A stretch of DNA of 64,000 bases from Podospora anserina (Eukaryota), in contig CM030337.1 of NCBI GenBank assembly GCA_017654855.1, forward strand, positions 2,728,001 to 2,792,000, in the 5' to 3' direction. The translations under genes and the position numbers were made by a program. This document shows, one piece after another, positions 10,428 to 25,861 of this stretch. The notes beneath the pieces were generated by a model. The model worked only from the letters and a program-made list of their open reading frames with translations. It was not told the DNA's origin and made no database searches. Position 1 is the first letter of the stretch, and the number at the start of each line of letters is the position of its first letter.

Positions 10428-13400
10428 GTACGTGCCATTCACTATGCTAGGCTTCTGAGCGAGCAAAACGCGGCCAACGGCCAGCAAGGCTCGACTGACA
10501 GTCAGGAAAGATCGGCGAACGACCGATCCGAGTCTCGACGTGACGCCTAACTGATCGAACGACCGCCTCCTTTGTTGGTTGTCGAGGGGTAGGACGTGGT
10601 ATGGAGGTTGGCTCATCGTCTTTGAGCAAGTGCTCCACGACAAAATATGGGTTTCTCCTTGGAACTCGGCGGAGCGATTGCCGACTTACACCAATAGTCG
10701 ATTTTGCTCAAGTTATGAGCGCGTGTGGAACGCACAAGATGGACCTGGCGGATGAGTCGTCTACCATGGGGTTTTTATTTTTATTTTCCCCAGCATTTTT
10801 TAATTGCTAGACTCGGGAATTTCGAGCCATAGGGATACCACCCGTCGAGTGGTTAGTGTGTACAGCAGAGGAGGAGGGGGTGGATTTCTTGTTTGCATAG
10901 TGTAGCAAGGATGGATGGGCGGATGAGCCGGGTGCATCATGGTGTTTCGGTTCAGCAAGAAGGCACTGTCTATGGGATGTAGGACTACTTGTTATAATGA
11001 TACCAGCACAGAGGTAGACAAAATGAAGAGTACTGTAAAACAAACCAGACCGTCTCGTAAAGGTTGATGGATTAGTGGATTGGAGATCAGGTCGCGAGCA
11101 GGTTCGGGACGGTAGCGTATTGCTTCGCCGCTGAGGGTGGCAAGCTGGAGGTGAAATACACCGAGCTTGATGCTCCCGTGACAGTTGCATTTTGTTTTAC
11201 GCCGTGATGGCTTTGCGGCGAGGCATAAGAGGCGTGGAAAGGAGCTGGGTTTGCCGTGATTCCCCGTTTCCGCGTCATGGATCACCTAGATACGGTCTAC
11301 AATTCGGATCAGATGTTGATCACTTGGCTTATTGGTGCATAATGTTGATGTGGGTAGTTGTTCAAAATTCCAGGTTTATGGCCCATCGTTGGCGATGCAT
11401 AATTCTCATGTGGGGAGTTCCAATATCTTGGACATTCAAGCATCGGAATAACCGTCAATGGAAGGAAGATCAACCATAGCAAACCTTGATGAACCATCGA
11501 AGCGTTGTGTTCTCATCGCGTTGATGCATTTTCTCAAGACAGATATCACCATTGATGGTCACAGCTTCAACACCAACACCCATGCTGTTCGGATCTCGGA
11601 ATGGCGTCACCTTTCAATCTTATCTCATCTTCCCCACGGCTTTACCGCCCTACAAATGGAGAAAGACAAGGCCCTCACGGTCGCAGGTCGCCGACCCGGC
11701 CGGTGCTCTCGGGCTCGGCGGCCGAGACAAAAGAAACGAGGGACCCTGAAAGTGCTCCGCTGATCGCGCGTGGAGAAAGAGGATTGAACGGCGCGGAAAA
11801 GGTGAAACGTTAGCGGCCGGCCCACACCAACAGTCCACTATCAACGACCACCACCCATCAAAAATTCCGAGATGGGAATTGAATTCCGATAAGACAACCA
11901 CAACAGGAGACAAGATCGCGGCGCAGTCTGGAGGGAAGCCAGTGCGGAAGAAAAAAAAAAAGGTCAAGTTCTTGTTGGCCTTAAGGATCAAAGTGATCGA
12001 CTTGCAGGTGGTTATGTAAAATCGTGCATATGAGGAGGGAAATGGTTGATCAATTGCCTAGAATGAGATGGTGCATGAGGCCCGTTGTTATGTAGTAATA
12101 TATTAGGGGTGTTGGTTAGCAGTGGTGGGTTGGTTTGCGGCGTAGAACGAAGTGAATAATTTCTTGGGTGTTTGGTGAGGCGTAAAAGGGTCAGCAGCAG
12201 GAAGAAAGCTGAGAATAGAAATTCCGATGGTGCTTGGGACCTGATGGACTGGAGAGGAAACTCAGCCACGGGGATTTGGTGAGAAGATGGACAGAGAGGG
12301 CGAGGAGAGAGAAAGGTCAAAAGTGGTGATCCAACAGCAGACAGGCGCTGCATTCTCACCTTCATCGTCTGCTTGGCCTGCGTGTGACGAGCGAGTCGCC
12401 TGTGTTGCCCTCACCCACCCAGTTGTGTGTTTGGAATGCAAACACCCATCGGGATCTCGCATGGGCGGCAGGATGGTGGCAGCAACAGCAGCAGTAGCAC
12501 AACACGTGGTGGGTAAAAACGAAACAACACACACACACACACACACACAGAAAAAGGAATTCTTGAAAGAAGAATGGAAGCCTTTTCCACGAGGCATCAA
12601 GAGACGGCGAACGACAGCGGCCAGTTGGCGGGGGGCGGCGTTTTTGGCTGATGCCAAAATAGTCCTAGCGGATCAAGGCGAGCAGTTGGCTCCACCTCGA
12701 AATACCCCGGCGGGCAGTTTTTACCAGCCAATGGCATCCCTGCCGACAATCTCGCTTCAGGGGTTGATCTGCGGCCCGCCAATCAGGAAAATGCGGTCCC
12801 TGAAAGGTTGGACGGGTCCATGCGTTGGGGTAGGGGAAGAAGAAACAAGCAACGAGAGCTCGTGGAGCTTGATGATCCAGAGGTGGTTTGGATGAAACGA
12901 AACATTATCGAATGGTTTTACCGTGATACGAGCAGATCGGAAGAGAATAGAGAGAAGGGATGGGAAAACAGGAAAACGGCGCAGTGTAGCGACGATCCCA
13001 AGAAGGGGGGACAAGGGGAGGCACAGCAAACCGCAACTCGTTAGACCCTTCCCTTTTGCATCGCTGTGACCCTGTAAGCTCACGGCTTGGCCTCACACAC
13101 AGCCTGCGTTCCTTTCGAGCATCTCGCTGATCCCGGCCACCCCTCCCCATTCCCAGCGACACCGTCAACAGCACCACCACCTTGCCGCTCTTGGGCTGGT
13201 CTTGGCTGCCATTCTGACTGCAGTTGCCTTCTCCTCTTTCCCTCTCGCCCTCCCTTCTCCTGCATCCCCCATTCCCGCTTTTCGTCCTACCACCTCACCG
13301 TCTCTGTCCACCAGACATCGCCGTCCTGTTGTCGCCGGGCATGCTGTCGTGGATGTTGTGAATCCTGACCATGATGCGCAGAGATTGACGCCAGCGAACG

Positions 13401-13639
13401 CTCACCTCTTCCTCTTTTCACCCGCCCTCTACCTTCCCTTGCAAGAGACTCTCTGTTTGCTACCGACCCCTTCATTCTCTTCCCGTTGCCGTGTTCCCGA
13501 GCCAGTTTGACACAGGACACCAACTCCATCGCCGGGACATTGCGATCCCATCTTTATTTATTATTATCTAGGACAGACGCTCAGGATTCGGACGAGAAGT
13601 TGAAGTTTACCAGAGATACCCCGTGCGACGACAGCTACG

Positions 13640-15295
13640 ATGACAGCACGAGAAAGGATGAGGAATGATGTGGTAGAGGTGGAGGCAGTCATTGCTGCGG
13701 CGCCGGCTACGAGGACAGCGGAGGAGAAGCCACTAAAGACACCACATATCGAGCTGCGAGGCCTGGAGGGGAGACAGGAAGCGATATTGCCTGACCAGAT
13801 CGACCCAGTGACCAACGCCCCCAACGACAGAATCATCATCGACAATTCGCTAGTGACCTCAACCCTCGTGGCACCTAGCGTCACCCCGGAGGTGTCAACC
13901 TCTCGAGGCACGCCATCATCCAGACCGACACAGGACACGAACACCAACACTGGCAACGCCGACGAAGGCGTAAGCGTCGCGGTCAAAGCTGGCATCGCAA
14001 TGGGTGTCCTCGCCGGCGTGCTAGTACTCTTCGTGGTGGTCTGGTTGATAATGAGCATGCGCAAGAAGAAGCAAGCCCGCAGACGCCAGCAGATCGAGGA
14101 CGATGAAAAGATCCACGGACCTTTCTCCGACAGCGCAGCCATATCGAGAAGCCCGCCCGCTGCTGCTGCCCCCAGCGCGGCTCCCAGACTGAGCCTCCGT
14201 CCGGTTTCTCAACTGTGGCAGAACTTGGCTCCTAGCGGGCACCCCGAGCGGAGGGCTTCTAGGGGTATCCAACTCACCGTCAACCCCGCCGGCCCGTCTC
14301 ATTCCCCGACAAACTCTCTGTCGCCGTTGAATCGTCCTAACCAAGGGGGTTCAGCTTGGGAGCGCCACAGGATGCAGTCTACCACCCCCACCGGGGACAA
14401 CCGCCCTGGCACCCGAGGGAGCGTTTACTCCCTCAATCCCTTCCACGACAGCCACTCCACCAGGAACTACAACAACGAGCCCGTCAGCCCGGTGTCTACC
14501 CTCGCGCCAGAGTTCCCTGCCGTCCCGAGCAAAAACCGCTCTCCAACACCAGAGCCAGTATCCCCAATAGATCAGGACACTGACCTCCCCGATTTTGGCG
14601 CCGGCTCCAAGCCTCTAACCCGCAAGACGTCCATCAACCACCACAATAAGGGGTTGCCCAAACCACTGGACCTGACGAAGCCACCATCCCCGTTATACGC
14701 CCCCGGCCCGGCATCCCCAGCAGGAACAGAATACAGCATGCACTCCATGTCCCCCTCAACTATGGTCCCCTCCTCCACATCAGCAGCCGAAATCGCCGCC
14801 GCCGGCGGGCCCCAAAACTCAACTGTGCATCGTGTCCAGCTCGATTTCAAGCCCACTCTCGAGGACGAATTAGGTCTCAAGGCGGGACAGCTGGTGCGGT
14901 TGTTGCACGAGTATGATGACGGCTGGGCGCTGTGTATTAGGCTTGATCGGTCGCAGCAGGGGGTTGTGCCGAGGACTTGCTTGTCTACACGGCCGGTGAA
15001 GCCCAGGCCGGCGCAGAACGGGCCGAGGGTTGTGCCCCAGGGGGGGTATAATAGGGGTGGGAATGGGAATAACACGGGGGGGTTTCCATCCCCGCCGGGG
15101 CAGCAACAAAATGGGGGTTGGCAGAGCGCGGAGAGGTCCGAGAGCCCGGGGAGTTTTTACTCGACGAACCAGGGGGTCAGTCCCAGTCCGGGGGGTGGTG
15201 GGAGTGGTGGGATTGGAACGATGAGGGGGCAAGGGGGGGGCGAGTATGAGATGCAGATGGGGGGGTTGAGCCCGGCGCCTGGGCAGGCTTATTAG
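13640..15295 (+). CDS. Single-pass membrane protein with C-terminal SH3 domain (Fus1-like)
   Basis: Ser/Thr-rich N region, TM (AGIAMGVLAGVLVLFVVVWLI) followed by RKKK, and SH3 (VQLDFKPTLEDELGLKAGQLVRLLHEYDDGWALC..GVVPRTCL). Start uncertain. Confidence 0.85.
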   Translation: MTARERMRNDVVEVEAVIAAAPATRTAEEKPLKTPHIELRGLEGRQEAILPDQIDPVTNAPNDRIIIDNSLVTSTLVAPSVTPEVSTSRGTPSSRPTQDTNTNTGNADEGVSVAVKAGIAMGVLAGVLVLFVVVWLIMSMRKKKQARRRQQIEDDEKIHGPFSDSAAISRSPPAAAAPSAAPRLSLRPVSQLWQNLAPSGHPERRASRGIQLTVNPAGPSHSPTNSLSPLNRPNQGGSAWERHRMQSTTPTGDNRPGTRGSVYSLNPFHDSHSTRNYNNEPVSPVSTLAPEFPAVPSKNRSPTPEPVSPIDQDTDLPDFGAGSKPLTRKTSINHHNKGLPKPLDLTKPPSPLYAPGPASPAGTEYSMHSMSPSTMVPSSTSAAEIAAAGGPQNSTVHRVQLDFKPTLEDELGLKAGQLVRLLHEYDDGWALCIRLDRSQQGVVPRTCLSTRPVKPRPAQNGPRVVPQGGYNRGGNGNNTGGFPSPPGQQQNGGWQSAERSESPGSFYSTNQGVSPSPGGGGSGGIGTMRGQGGGEYEMQMGGLSPAPGQAY

Positions 15296-16431
15296 GGGGG
15301 CTTTGTCTGCGGGGATGGGAGGATGGTGAAGTATGTACCTGGTTGGCATGGCCCGAGGGGTTGGGGTTTGAGTTTGAGGTGCCGGGTGGGAGGAGGGTGA
15401 GGGGAGGGTATAGGAGGTTTCCGGCGAGGCCTAGGGAGAGGCATTGTTGGGGAGATGGTGGAGAGGAGGAGGGGGTCGAGGTTGCCACCACGGCCGTGAA
15501 TGGAGGTGCTTTGCGATGGGTGCAGTGCTGTCGTTGGCAACAGGACCGCATCATGTGAGAAACACAAATGACGATGGGGAAAGGAACGACAGGAGGAGAG
15601 GGGGACTGGCTGTATCTTGATCCACGCAACGGTGTAAATGCCTTGCTCAAGTTATGGGTTTTCGGAGGGTGGGGTGTTTTATGTATCTGGTTCTGGGAAG
15701 GGAGTTGATGGCGTTAAGGGGACCTTGGTGTGGCATTTTTTCTTCATTTTTTTGGGTGGGGATGAATTTTTTTCATTTTATTTTTTAAAAAAAAACCGGG
15801 GATCTTCAAGTCACTCATTTGCGACCTTTTCTTCTCTATTGGAGAAAGGTATTTTTTGGAAGCTTTTTTTGGACCTTGTTTTGGAACTATGCTATGGACC
15901 TTTTCTCTTTTGGACCTTTTCTCTGTTGGTGGATACCTAACTACGACCTGCCCTTTGTGCGGGAAACGTACAAGCTTAAAGATATTCTTTTCCTTACTTT
16001 TGTGTGGCCTGTTAATGGCTTTCTTGTTTTGTTGAACTCTGGTTGGGAGTGTTCTTTGATGATCCAAGGGGGTGGGGGGGCGATCAGAGTTGTACATTGG
16101 CGTGTTGTTACAGTAGTACACGATGGGAGTTGTAGAATACAAGAGTTGTACCAAGACTTGACTGGATTTGAGGTTTTTCTTCCCGCCAAAAAATGATGGG
16201 ATGTCTAATCATGCTTCATGTCAACAGTACCTAGCACACGACTCCAGCTAGACGCTTGAGCTTGATCCGCCGAGCCCCCACATTCTGGCAATTTCAAGGA
16301 AAATACGCCCTCCTGCTTCTGGGCCAAGAGAGGACCAGCTGTTTATACGAGTCCGGAATATAGCTTCTTCCAGTAACCTAGATAGAAAATGCCCATGGTT
16401 AGTTTTCCTCAAAACGCTTTTCGCTGAAACA

Positions 16432-17525
16432 TCATGGGCCCCTCAACCCCGAAGCCATCAGATGCACTCGCCAATTATTCGGTCTCGGTCCCCTCTCAAC
16501 CACAAACGGTGCCCCCTCCAGGGTCTCGTTCTCAAAAAAGTGGTGGCTGGGCAGTCCACGCTTTGGCTTGAGGGGCAGGTCCGGGAGGGCCAAGACAAAC
16601 TGGTTCCTGTCCTTGACCTTGACGTTGAAGAGCTTGGCAAAGAAGCGGGTTTCGCTCATGCGCTTGTGCCAGTCCCGGAGGTCCCTCGTGTGAAACCAGA
16701 TGTGGAGGCTGTGCAGGTTGGGCAAGAGGGCGAGCTGGTCGCAGACGCGCTGCCAGGGGTTGGAGTGCATCGTGATGCCGGGGTGGGAGTCCTCGCTGCG
16801 ACCGTTGCTGCTGTTGCCGTGGCCAAAGGCAGGGTTGGGGCCTTCGTTTTCTTCCGAGGTTGGGAAGTAGAGCTCGGTCATGAGCTGGGTGGTGAGGATG
16901 CAGATTTCAAGGGAGCGGATGGGGAGCTTTTCGGGGTTGCCGCCGTAGAGGGAGAGCCATCCGTGTGCTTCGAGGAGGTCGGTGAAGACGAAGGTGGTGT
17001 TGGCGACGAGGGAGGGGAGGGCTTCGCGGTACCTGGTGGCGTGGACTGTTAGTTTAGGGGACTGCGGGGATCAGTGGTGAGGGTCACATACATCCTCTTA
17101 CACACCAGCATGGGGTTCATGAAGCCACTGGGCCCGGCATGTCCGACATTCTCCTCCCTCCACGAGTCGTTGGGGTTTTGGGCCCTGTGCCATTTGGCTG
17201 TCGACTGCTCGCAGCACCAGTGATAACACCATTCCGACTTCAACCGCTTCACCCAGTAGTACTCCTCCTGCGATCCTCTGGCGCTCTGGGTGAACTTCTC
17301 AAAACGAGTATCTCCAGTGGAGTAGTCTGCCACGCAGGGAACATGAGACCACTTGTCGTTGTCCTTGTATATGTGTTGCCTTGAACCACTCTCGCTCCAG
17401 ATGTCCTGGTAGATCAACTCCCGAATCTCCGGTGGCAGGAGGGAAAAGAACGGGGAGTCGTCCTGGGCTAAGGTGGTGGCCACCATGGTGTCCTGTGTCT
17501 GTTCTGGTGTCTCTTGTCGTCTCAT
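16432..17525 (-). CDS. Conserved fungal hypothetical protein with F-box-like N-terminal motif
   Basis: Exons 17525-17092 and 17032-16432 (GTATGT...CAG intron). SPFFSLLPPEIRELIY and LVCKRMYREA-type motifs. Confidence 0.8.
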
Positions 17526-18815
17526 GATGGGCCTTCAATTACAGGATATCTGCGAGCACAAGAACAACAAAAAGGAAAGAAACATGGGAGTAAGGTTACG
17601 TTGCGTTTTAAGTTCCGGGCCATGCCTGCCTTCACCGACCGCAGCTTTTCCCCCGCCTGCCACTCCTGCCTAACATCCGACTTACCTGGTAGCCTATCGA
17701 CCGGTGCAGACGGAGGCAACCCAATTGGATGGCCAGATGTCACATCGGTACTCAGACGCAGCTCAGACGCATGGACTGGTGCATTCATGCGAGCTGTCAA
17801 TCTTGACTGGCGCGGTTAAGCATGTGCTCTGTCAACTTCAACGTGGAGGACACGTGAACACGCGAAAACCTCCGTGGGAAGTGTGGTAGGTAGGGTAGCA
17901 CTGGACACAGTTTTTGCCATCTTGCCATGTGAAACGGAATCTGGTTTTCCGGGAAGGTCAGACAGCGGGAGGGAGACCATAGGGAGGCCATCGTGATAAG
18001 CCTTATCGTGGTGGAATGCGGGGAAGGCTGGAGCTGAGCCGGCGTGCGTGCGGAGTGGGCAGGTGGGGTAAGCCCCGGGCCCGGACCTTGGCCCCCGCGT
18101 TGGGAGGGGGTGGTTGATAACCTCTGGTCCTTCGGATCATGCCGGTCTTTCTGCGGAAGTCGAAACAAAATGTTTCGGAAGAAGTGATCAGGTTCACCGG
18201 ACACCGCGGAAGAATGGCCAACTCCCACGCTCCAGACTCGGAGACGGCCCCGAGCTGGGCCTCCTGTGGAGAGCTCGGCTTCCAGAAGATTCCCATTTGA
18301 CAAATCGACAGATCGGGGGGTCTTCAGCCAATGCCCCGCTTTCACCCGATCCCGCTGGTCCTCATCAGGCAGGACCTCCCCGCCGTGGGGTGTGTCCGCT
18401 GCTTGCTTGCTCCGGAGCCGCGATATCATTCACCGTCGAGCTGGCCTTGTTAACTGTCTGCTTCTTGCTCGTGTTACATCCTGTGGGCAGGTGACCAAAA
18501 CTGCAAAAGTAAGTCAACACATATCGTATTTCAAACCACGCCTCAACACCTAGTTAACAGGCCTCTTAACTTTCAGAAGGATGTAACTTGACAATAACTA
18601 CACGATTTACTGACTTGCAATACCAGTTATTTTCCCCAGAACCTGTGTTACCACCAGCCTGACACCACCCTCAACTTTTGGCAACAACGCCCCAAACCTT
18701 TCGAGCTTGATCAGCCCTACAACAGCGCCCACAAGCACTTACAGAGCTACCTACCTATCCCCTTCCAGACCTTCCATTCGATCCCCAGCGACAACCGCAA
18801 AAGCCCAAACCCACC

Positions 18816-19752
18816 ATGTCCAAATCTCAGCTCCTCCGCGAGGAAGGCAACCGCCACTTCCAAAAAGGCGAATACTCCCGCGCCGACGCGCTCTACTCCC
18901 AAGCGTACGCCCAGCTCACGGCCCATATCCACCCAACCCCCCCCCCCTTTCTTTCTAACCTTTCTCCCGCCTTAGCCTCAACCTCGACCCCACCAACCCA
19001 ACCCTCTACACCAACCGCGCCATGGCCCGCCTCCGCCTCTCCCAATGGGACCTCGTAATCTCAGACTGCGAATCCTGCCTCGGCCTCTCCCCCGACAACC
19101 TCAAAGCGCACTACTACCTCTCCCAAGCCCAGCTCGCCCTCCGCGCTTACTCGGACGCTCTCGAGCACGCGTACAAGGCGCACAAGCTGTGTGTGGCGGC
19201 GAATGATAAGTCTCTTGGGAACATCACCGCTCAGGTGCTAAAGTGTAAAAAAGAAAAGTGGGATTACGAGGAGAAGCGCCGGAGGAGGGAGACGGCTGAT
19301 TTGGAAGAGGAGGTTCTGATGCTGTTAAGGAAGGAGAAGAAGGAGGCTGTTGTTCTCTCTGGGGAGGAGGCGGAGGAGCTGACGAGGGAGTGGGAGGAGA
19401 AGCTGAGGCGGGTGAGGGAGGTTTTTGAGAAGGCGAGGGAGAAGGAGGAACGGAGGAGGGAGGTGCCGGATTGGGCGGTGGATGATATTACTTTTGGGTT
19501 CATGGTTGATCCTGTTATTGTGAGTGCCGCACCGGGACAGATTGGGGGGTTTGACTGGGCTGACAAAGGGCACAACAGACCAAAACAGGCAAGTCGTACG
19601 AACGAGCTGCTATTCTGGAGCACTTGAGGAGGTCACAGACAGATCCGCTTACCAGGGAGCCGCTTCAGGCGAGCGAGCTCAGGCCAAACTTGGATTTGAA
19701 GCAGGCTTGTAGCGACTTTTTGGAGGAGAATGGATGGGCGGCTGATTGGTAG
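18816..19752 (+). CDS. STUB1: CHIP/STUB1-like TPR + U-box E3 ubiquitin ligase
   Basis: Three exons (about 18816-18903, 18976-19519, 19579-19752). TPR (LREEGNRHF, YTNRAMARLRL), coiled coil, U-box (VPDWAVDDITFGFMVDPV..GKSYER..DPLTREPL..LRPNLDLKQAC). Confidence 0.92.
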
Positions 19753-20372
19753 GCTCACCTGCTGGAGCTGCATATTTCTGGCTACGTTTCAAAGAGTTTC
19801 ACATTCATTGCGGTTAGGGCGGTGGTGGTCTGCATTTTCTGGGAGGGCGAGCCAGGCGTTTCGCGGGAACCTCAGATTTGATACCTAGCAAAGGGGGGGG
19901 GGTCATTTGCTTCTGGGTAGAGGTCAAGTATGTGTCGAATTAGCGATTCATGTATCTTTCTTTTTAAACTTTTGCTTGTATGTATACACGTCGTGTACAA
20001 AATAACTGACACTTCAAAAGTAACTTGATGCGCCATGTTCATCGGGGACATAAACCCTGTCCGCCCTCTGTTCTATATGCCCGCCCGAGCCAGCACATCA
20101 CAAACGCCAGAAGAGCAAATGAATGGTCGATACTTTGTCTATTGCCTAGGGAAAGAATAGGGATCGAGCTAGGCAGCCAGAATCGTTTTCCCTCCAGCCA
20201 AACCGCGACTCCTAACCCCGTTAAAAGATAACCCTTCCCTTATCCTCCACTTTGCAAAATGGAAGCTTTTGTCCTCTGCCCAAGCACTTGATCACCTTCG
20301 CTAACAGGCTTTTGCTCACCCCCGTGAACGACAAAGAATCGATTTATTTTGTTTTCCTTCCCTCTAATTTAC

Positions 20373-22488
<2,116 letters not shown>

Positions 22489-22994
22489 GGTGATGCCTTT
22501 TCGCCTGTTGAAGTGAACTGAGGTGAGTATAACGTTCAGAGATCAAGATGGAGCCGCGTTTTTAAGGAAGAAAAAAAGGGGCGTGACTCTCGACGGCGAG
22601 GTTGAGTCAATGCCGGTCTCAGGTGTCCGGACGGCTGGGCGTTTTCAGAGAGGTGGCTACCCCACCATGGAACGGATACCCCTCCTTCTGATAGCAACGG
22701 CGGGAACAGGCCCAGGCCCGTAGACTTTTTAGCGGGGCATGCCAGTGGCCCAGCCAATTACAGGGCTGCCTTGGAGCTCAAGACCGGGATGGGATTATCT
22801 GCACCTCCGATAAAAAGTTCCTGAGCTAGGAGCCCGCCTTGCAGGGCAACGACGAAAGAGAGCTCGAGTCCCGACTGTGCCTGGAGCCTGTCAACAGAGA
22901 CCCAACGCCCCCTTTCCCCCTTCCACCCCTCCATCCCCCATATCCCCACCGCCACTCTCGACACTGTCAACACCGCACACATACATACATCGCG

Positions 22995-24846
22995 ATGGCT
23001 TCCATGTTCGAGCAGCCGAGAAACGGCACCCTCTTCCTGGGAGGCACAAAGATCTCCGGCACTGAAATCCGCGACCAGAACGGTTAGTCGGCCTCGTCAC
23101 CCACTATACAGCGGGGAGCTGTTCCGAAGCTCGATCATCCATGCTGACCACCGTTGCAGTTCTTGCTACGCAAGCCATCGCCAATGTCGTCAAGAGCTCG
23201 TTCGGCCCCAGCGGCCTCGACAAGATGATGGTCGATGATATCGGTGTGAGTGCCTGCTGCTGCCCCGCCCCGCCAACTGACCGCAACATCCCCCTGACAC
23301 GAAGGACAAACAGGATGTGACGGTGACAAACGATGGCGCGACTATCCTCAGTTTACTCGACGTCGAGCACCCCGCCGGCAAGATCCTCGTCGACCTTGCG
23401 CACCAACAAGATAAGGAAGTCGGCGATGGCACAACGTCGGTCGTTTTGATTGCGGCCGAGCTGCTGAAGAGAGGAAACGAGCTGATGAAGAACCGGATAC
23501 ACCCTACCACCATCATCACAGGTTACCGTCTGGCCCTCAGAGAGGCGGTCAAGTACATGAACGAGCACATCAGCATCAAGGTCGACAAGCTCGGGCGGGA
23601 GTCTCTGATCAACATTGCCAAGACTTCCATGAGCAGCAAGATCATCGGCGCCGATTCTGACTTTTTCTCGAACATGGTGGTGGATGCTATGCAGGCTGTC
23701 AAGACAACGAGCAACAAGGGCGAGACCAAGTACCCGGTCAAGGCTGTTAATATTCTCAAGGCCCACGGCAAGGGTGCTCTCGAGTCTGTGTTGGTCAAGG
23801 GGTATGCGCTCAACTGCACTGTCGCTTCCCAGGCCATGGTGACCCGGATAACAGACGCCAAGATTGCCGTTCTCGACATGAACCTTCAGAAGGAGCGCAT
23901 GAAGCTCGGCGTGCAAATCACCATCGACGACCCCGATCAGCTCGAGGCGATCAGGCAAAGAGAAGCGGGCATGGTTATGGAACGCGTGGAAATGATTCTC
24001 AAGGCCGGCGCCAACGTTATCCTTACCACCAAGGGTATCGATGACCTCTGCCTAAAGTTGTTCATTGAGCGCGGTGCTATGGCTGTACGTCGGTGCAAGA
24101 AGGAGGATCTCCGCCGCATTGCCAGAGCCACCGGCGCCACCATGCTCAGCTCCCTCTCAGACTTGAACGGTGACGAGAAGTTCGAGGCCTCCTATCTTGG
24201 TCACGCCGAGGAGGTTTCACAGGAGCGCATCTCAGACGACGAGTGCATCTTGGTCAAGGGCACCAAGGTTCACTCTTCGGCCTCCATCATCCTCCGTGGC
24301 CCCAACGAGTTCACCCTCGACGAAATGGAGCGCTCCGTTCACGACAGCTTGTGCGCCGTCAAGCGGACGCTGGAGAGCGGCAGCCTTGTCCCCGGCGGTG
24401 GTGCCGTCGAGACTGCGCTGCACATTTACCTCGAAGAATTTGCCGGCACAGTCGGCTCCCGCGAGCAGCTCGCCATTGGCGAGTTTGCCCAGTCATTACT
24501 TGTTATTCCCAAGACCCTGGCCGTCAACGCGGCCAAGGACGCCTCAGAGCTCGTCGCCCAGCTGCGGTCGAGACACGCGCTGTCGCAGCGCATCCAGGAG
24601 GGCGAGGCGAACGAGGACGAAAAGTCAGTTGCCCGCAAGAAGGCGTACAAGAACTATGGTCTTGACCTCATGAAGGGCAAGGTCGTGGACTCGATCAAGA
24701 ACGGCGTCATGGAGCCAAGCATGAGCAAGATTAGACAGCTGAAGAGCGCCGTAGAGGCGTGCATCAGCATCATGCGTATTGATACACTCATCAAGCTCGA
24801 CCCAGAGGCGCCAGCGGATGACGGACATGACGGACATGATCATTAG
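22995..24846 (+). CDS. CCT1: T-complex protein 1 subunit alpha (CCT-alpha)
   Basis: Three exons. [39 protein letters not shown] motifs; [11 protein letters not shown]-terminus typical of the alpha subunit. Confidence 0.96.
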
Positions 24847-25861
24847 AGGAAGGGAAGAGAAAAAAGTTAGATACCTTTAGTTCTGCTTGACACTTGGTTT
24901 TGAGTGTAAAATAACACCGTAAGACATATAATGAAGGGATGAGCAGCCTTTTTGCGTGTTGCTATCTACCTATGGAGACATATCATACCTCTCCTATCAT
25001 ATCATATCTCAAGAACTGGGTTTGGCGGTCGGTGCTGGTGCGGTGACGGAGGTGGTGCCGGGCCGGATACCGTCGGCTTACAACCGAAGGCCCAGCGCGG
25101 CCCCTCATCCGCTGTGGTACAGAGGGGGAGTCACGCCGGCGGCCGGATGACAGCCGCTAGACGAGACAGCAAACAGCAAAGTTGGCAAGAGTCTTTTGTG
25201 ACGTAAAATTTCCGGGGTTGGGCAGGTCAGATGGTCTGAGTTGTCTCTGCGGAGGGTTTCTTCTTTGAGGTGCTGATCGGTGGTTCGACCAATGGGCAAC
25301 AAAGAGCCAAAGGTACCGACCGGGACAGGATTCAACGGACGGAATGCTCTGCCGCCTTGAAGCTCAACTGTTTCTTAGTTCTCAAAGAGGAAAACAAATC
25401 CCGATACAATTGTAGATTGAGGAGACAAGATAGCCCCGTATGATCACTAGCCTTCTAGTCTTTTTCTAGCGCTGTGAGCGTTGCCAAGTGCGGTAGGTCG
25501 AGGGGGGACCGGGCGGGGCGGGGTGTGCCCGGTGCCGGCGTGCGGCGTTGCGGAGCCCGGATCGGTAAGCCACGGGTATCAATGGAAGCGAACGTTTGTC
25601 GAACCAATGATTGATCCACTTTTGCCGGGTTTCCGTTCCCCTTTTTTTGCGACTCGTCAATTGATGACTTGATTTAAGCTTCTGGCCAGCTGCTGCTGCT
25701 GTTTGATCTCAGGGGCTGGTGCTCTTCTGCTACCCCCTTTCTTTGTTTCTTTGAACACAGCACATTCCTGCTTGGTTGATCTTACCCCTTCGGATAGATT
25801 ATTTCGGCGATAGCTTCACCCACCTCTCAATCTCACTCTCGCCCTCATCGCCACCACCAAA

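Noticed and set aside
10500..13600. Many short ORFs, an (AC)n tract and a poly-A run in a 3-kb gap
   Set aside because: No coding motifs or recognisable RNA gene; probably the long regulatory/UTR region of the SH3 gene.
17797..18429. 210-aa minus-strand ORF
   Set aside because: Non-ATG start and no recognisable domain; likely upstream region of the neighbouring gene.
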